A DNA stretch of 32,000 nt from Xanthomonas campestris pv. campestris str. ATCC 33913 (GTDB lineage Bacteria > Pseudomonadota > Gammaproteobacteria > Xanthomonadales > Xanthomonadaceae): the NCBI RefSeq assembly GCF_000007145.1, contig NC_003902.1:877436-909435 (forward strand), written 5' to 3'. Made by a program: the position numbers and the translations under genes. Positions 30,119 to 32,000 of the stretch are shown here, one piece after another (position 1 is the first letter of the stretch; the number at the start of each line of letters is the position of its first letter). The notes beneath the pieces were generated by a model. That model worked only from the letters and a program-made list of their open reading frames with translations. It searched no databases and had not been told where the DNA came from.

Positions 30119-32000
30119 GCCGCAGCACCTGGGCGCGGCGCGCCGTGGCAGGCGTGGCCGTGCTGGCCTGTGTGTGGCTCAGCGGCTGCGCCATGGTCAC
30201 GGTGAAGGCGCGCAGCAGCGGCGATTACATCGCCCAGACCCGCGGCGACATCCTCAGTGCCGGCACGCTCAGCCAGGCCGGCAGCGAGACGCTGCAGGTG
30301 GCCGGGCTGGATCCCCAAACCTGCCGCAAGACGCCACTGCCCTGCATCGAACAGCTGCGCACGGTGGCCGGCATCGGCGATGAGCGCCGGCTGGCGACCC
30401 AGGCCGAGCTGTGGACCACGCAGGCCATTGCGTTGAGCGGGCGCACCCCCGCACAGATGAGCGACGCGGCACTGGAAGCATGGCTGGAAGCGGCGCGGCA
30501 TGCGTACGCGTATCTGTTCTTCACCACGCGCGCGCCCAGCGAGCGGGCCTTCGAAAACCGCCAGACCCAGGTGCGCGATTACTACAACTACGCCGTACAG
30601 CAGGTGGTCGAACGCCTGTTCGTGCGCGCCCAGCAGGCCGGCGCCAGCGCACCTGCAGCCACCACGGTGGGCCGCTGGCGCGTAAATGTGGATCTGGCCG
30701 CCTACCGGTTGCCCGGCGATGGCAATACGCCGCGTGCGTTGTTCGCGGCATCGTCGCTGCGCTTCGGCGGGCTGCGTAGCACCTATCGCCGCGACGGCTT
30801 CGGTGCAGATCTGGTGGCCGAGGTAGACCCGGCGGTGGTCGGCGACCCTGCCGGCCTGGCCGTGCAGCAGGCGCTGCCCGCGCCAAAAGACCCGCAGCGG
30901 CCGTTGCCCACCTTCAGCGAGATGCCGTATGCACCGGCCACGGTCCTGCTGCGTTTTGCAGGCGACACGCTGGATGCGGTGCTGCACACCGACAGCGCCA
31001 CGGTCGCGCCCTACGACCCGTATCGCCAGACCGCAGTGATGCTGCATGGCCAGCGCGTGCCATTGGCGGCCAACTTCACTGCGGCGTACGGCCTGTGGCT
31101 TGCGAAGTCGGGCTTTGCCGCGCAATCGCTGCGCTCGATGCTGGGCCGCGCGCGCGGCATCGATCGCCCGCATCTATACCTGATGCAGCCCTACGACCCG
31201 AACCGGCGCGTGCTGCTGATGCTGCACGGCCTGGCCAGCAGCCCGGAGGCCTGGGTGAATGTCGCCAATGAAGTGATGGGCGATGAAACGCTGCGGCAGC
31301 ACTATCAGATCTGGCAGGTGTATTACCCCACCAACGCGCCGCTGGCGGTCAACCGCGCCGAAATCCAGGAACTGGTGCAACGCAGCCTGCGGCATTTCGA
31401 CCCGCAGGGTGATGCGCCGGCCTCGCACGACATGGTGTTGATCGGTCACAGCATGGGCGGGGTGATCGGCCGCTTGCTGGTGTCCTCGTCTGGCGAGCAG
31501 ATCTGGAGCAGCCTGCTGGCCGACTACCGGCTGGAAGGCGAGCGCGGTGCGCGGATCCGGCAGAAGCTGTCGCCGCTGCTGCATTTTTCGCCGATGCCGC
31601 AGATCGACCGCGCGATCTTCATCGCCGCGCCGCACCGCGGCACGCCGTTGGCCGAAGGCGGGCTGGGGCGCTTCGTCGGCCGCCTGGTGCGCCTGCCGAT
31701 CGCCTTGCTGGATCGGTTCGGCGATGTGCTGCAGGACCTGGCCAACAGCGAGCGCGATGCACCGGGCGAGCCGCAACGCAAGCGGCGCCTGTTGCCGCCG
31801 ACCAGCATCGACAACCTGCGCGATACCGACCCGTTCGTGCGCGCGGCCGCGGATCTGCCGATCGCGCCCTCGGTGCGCTACCACACCATCATCGGCCGCG
31901 AAAAACCGCAGGTGCCGCTACCCATGTCCGACGACGGTCTGGTGCCGTATCGCAGCGCGCATCTGGACGGCGCCGCCTCCGAACTGGTGGTGACGTCCTG
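30115..32000 (+). CDS. Large lipoprotein with C-terminal alpha/beta-hydrolase (lipase/PGAP1-like serine esterase) domain; 3' end lies outside the window
   Basis: This ORF is absent from the ORF track because no stop occurs before base 32000. I translated it by hand in the frame of ATG 30115, which overlaps the upstream TGA (ATGA). The lipobox is VWLSGC (Cys25). Codon bias is strong for more than 628 codons. The nucleophile elbow is LIGHSMGG (from 31438), with later SDDGLVPYRSAH as candidate Asp/His. Confidence 0.8.
   Translation, partial: MSRSTWARRAVAGVAVLACVWLSGCAMVTVKARSSGDYIAQTRGDILSAGTLSQAGSETLQVAGLDPQTCRKTPLPCIEQLRTVAGIGDERRLATQAELWTTQAIALSGRTPAQMSDAALEAWLEAARHAYAYLFFTTRAPSERAFENRQTQVRDYYNYAVQQVVERLFVRAQQAGASAPAATTVGRWRVNVDLAAYRLPGDGNTPRALFAASSLRFGGLRSTYRRDGFGADLVAEVDPAVVGDPAGLAVQQALPAPKDPQRPLPTFSEMPYAPATVLLRFAGDTLDAVLHTDSATVAPYDPYRQTAVMLHGQRVPLAANFTAAYGLWLAKSGFAAQSLRSMLGRARGIDRPHLYLMQPYDPNRRVLLMLHGLASSPEAWVNVANEVMGDETLRQHYQIWQVYYPTNAPLAVNRAEIQELVQRSLRHFDPQGDAPASHDMVLIGHSMGGVIGRLLVSSSGEQIWSSLLADYRLEGERGARIRQKLSPLLHFSPMPQIDRAIFIAAPHRGTPLAEGGLGRFVGRLVRLPIALLDRFGDVLQDLANSERDAPGEPQRKRRLLPPTSIDNLRDTDPFVRAAADLPIAPSVRYHTIIGREKPQVPLPMSDDGLVPYRSAHLDGAASELVVTS

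Noticed and set aside
29968-31884. Minus-strand ORFs 29968..31173 (401 aa) and 31174..31884 (236 aa)
   Set aside because: They are antisense to the unlisted plus-strand lipoprotein hydrolase ORF starting at 30115. That ORF has a lipobox, a GHSMGG motif and much stronger third-position GC bias.

Overview
This is a high-GC gammaproteobacterial chromosome segment. Gene order and protein sequences look like Xanthomonas (Xanthomonadaceae) core genome rather than an accessory island. Left to right it holds: the lpxC 3' end, a DUF721/DciA-like gene, an M23 peptidase, secA, a VOC/glyoxalase gene, a Nudix(MutT)-ThiE-like fusion coupled to a frameshifted P-loop kinase, a secreted hypothetical, metF, a secreted clan GH-A glycosidase, a small acidic ORF, and about 690 bp of GT-skewed non-coding DNA. 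It continues with a quinone oxidoreductase, a second VOC gene, a galactose-1-dehydrogenase-like oxidoreductase, a decayed histidine-phosphatase/membrane-protein locus, alpha-amylase, DUF2058, a DUF3228-like gene, an orphan ORF, a SHOCT protein, ahcY with an SAH riboswitch, an S9 peptidase and ppc. The window ends with a translationally coupled tetR - DUF4105 - lipoprotein serine-hydrolase operon that runs off the right edge. I saw no rRNA, tRNA, CRISPR array, IS element, integrase or phage genes. Non-genic structure includes two copies of a ~147-bp structured repeat, one REP-like palindrome pair, several intrinsic-terminator hairpins, two candidate operators and a dense GGA tract. Three ORF-disrupting lesions occur in 32 kb, at about 7317, about 16345 and 15579. 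They indicate either local pseudogenisation or indel/base errors in the assembly. The many long ORFs antisense to real genes are high-GC shadow ORFs and were rejected. All family assignments come from reading the translations, since no database search was possible. The most promising uncharacterised unit is the tetR-DUF4105-hydrolase module; most of the window is ordinary housekeeping DNA.
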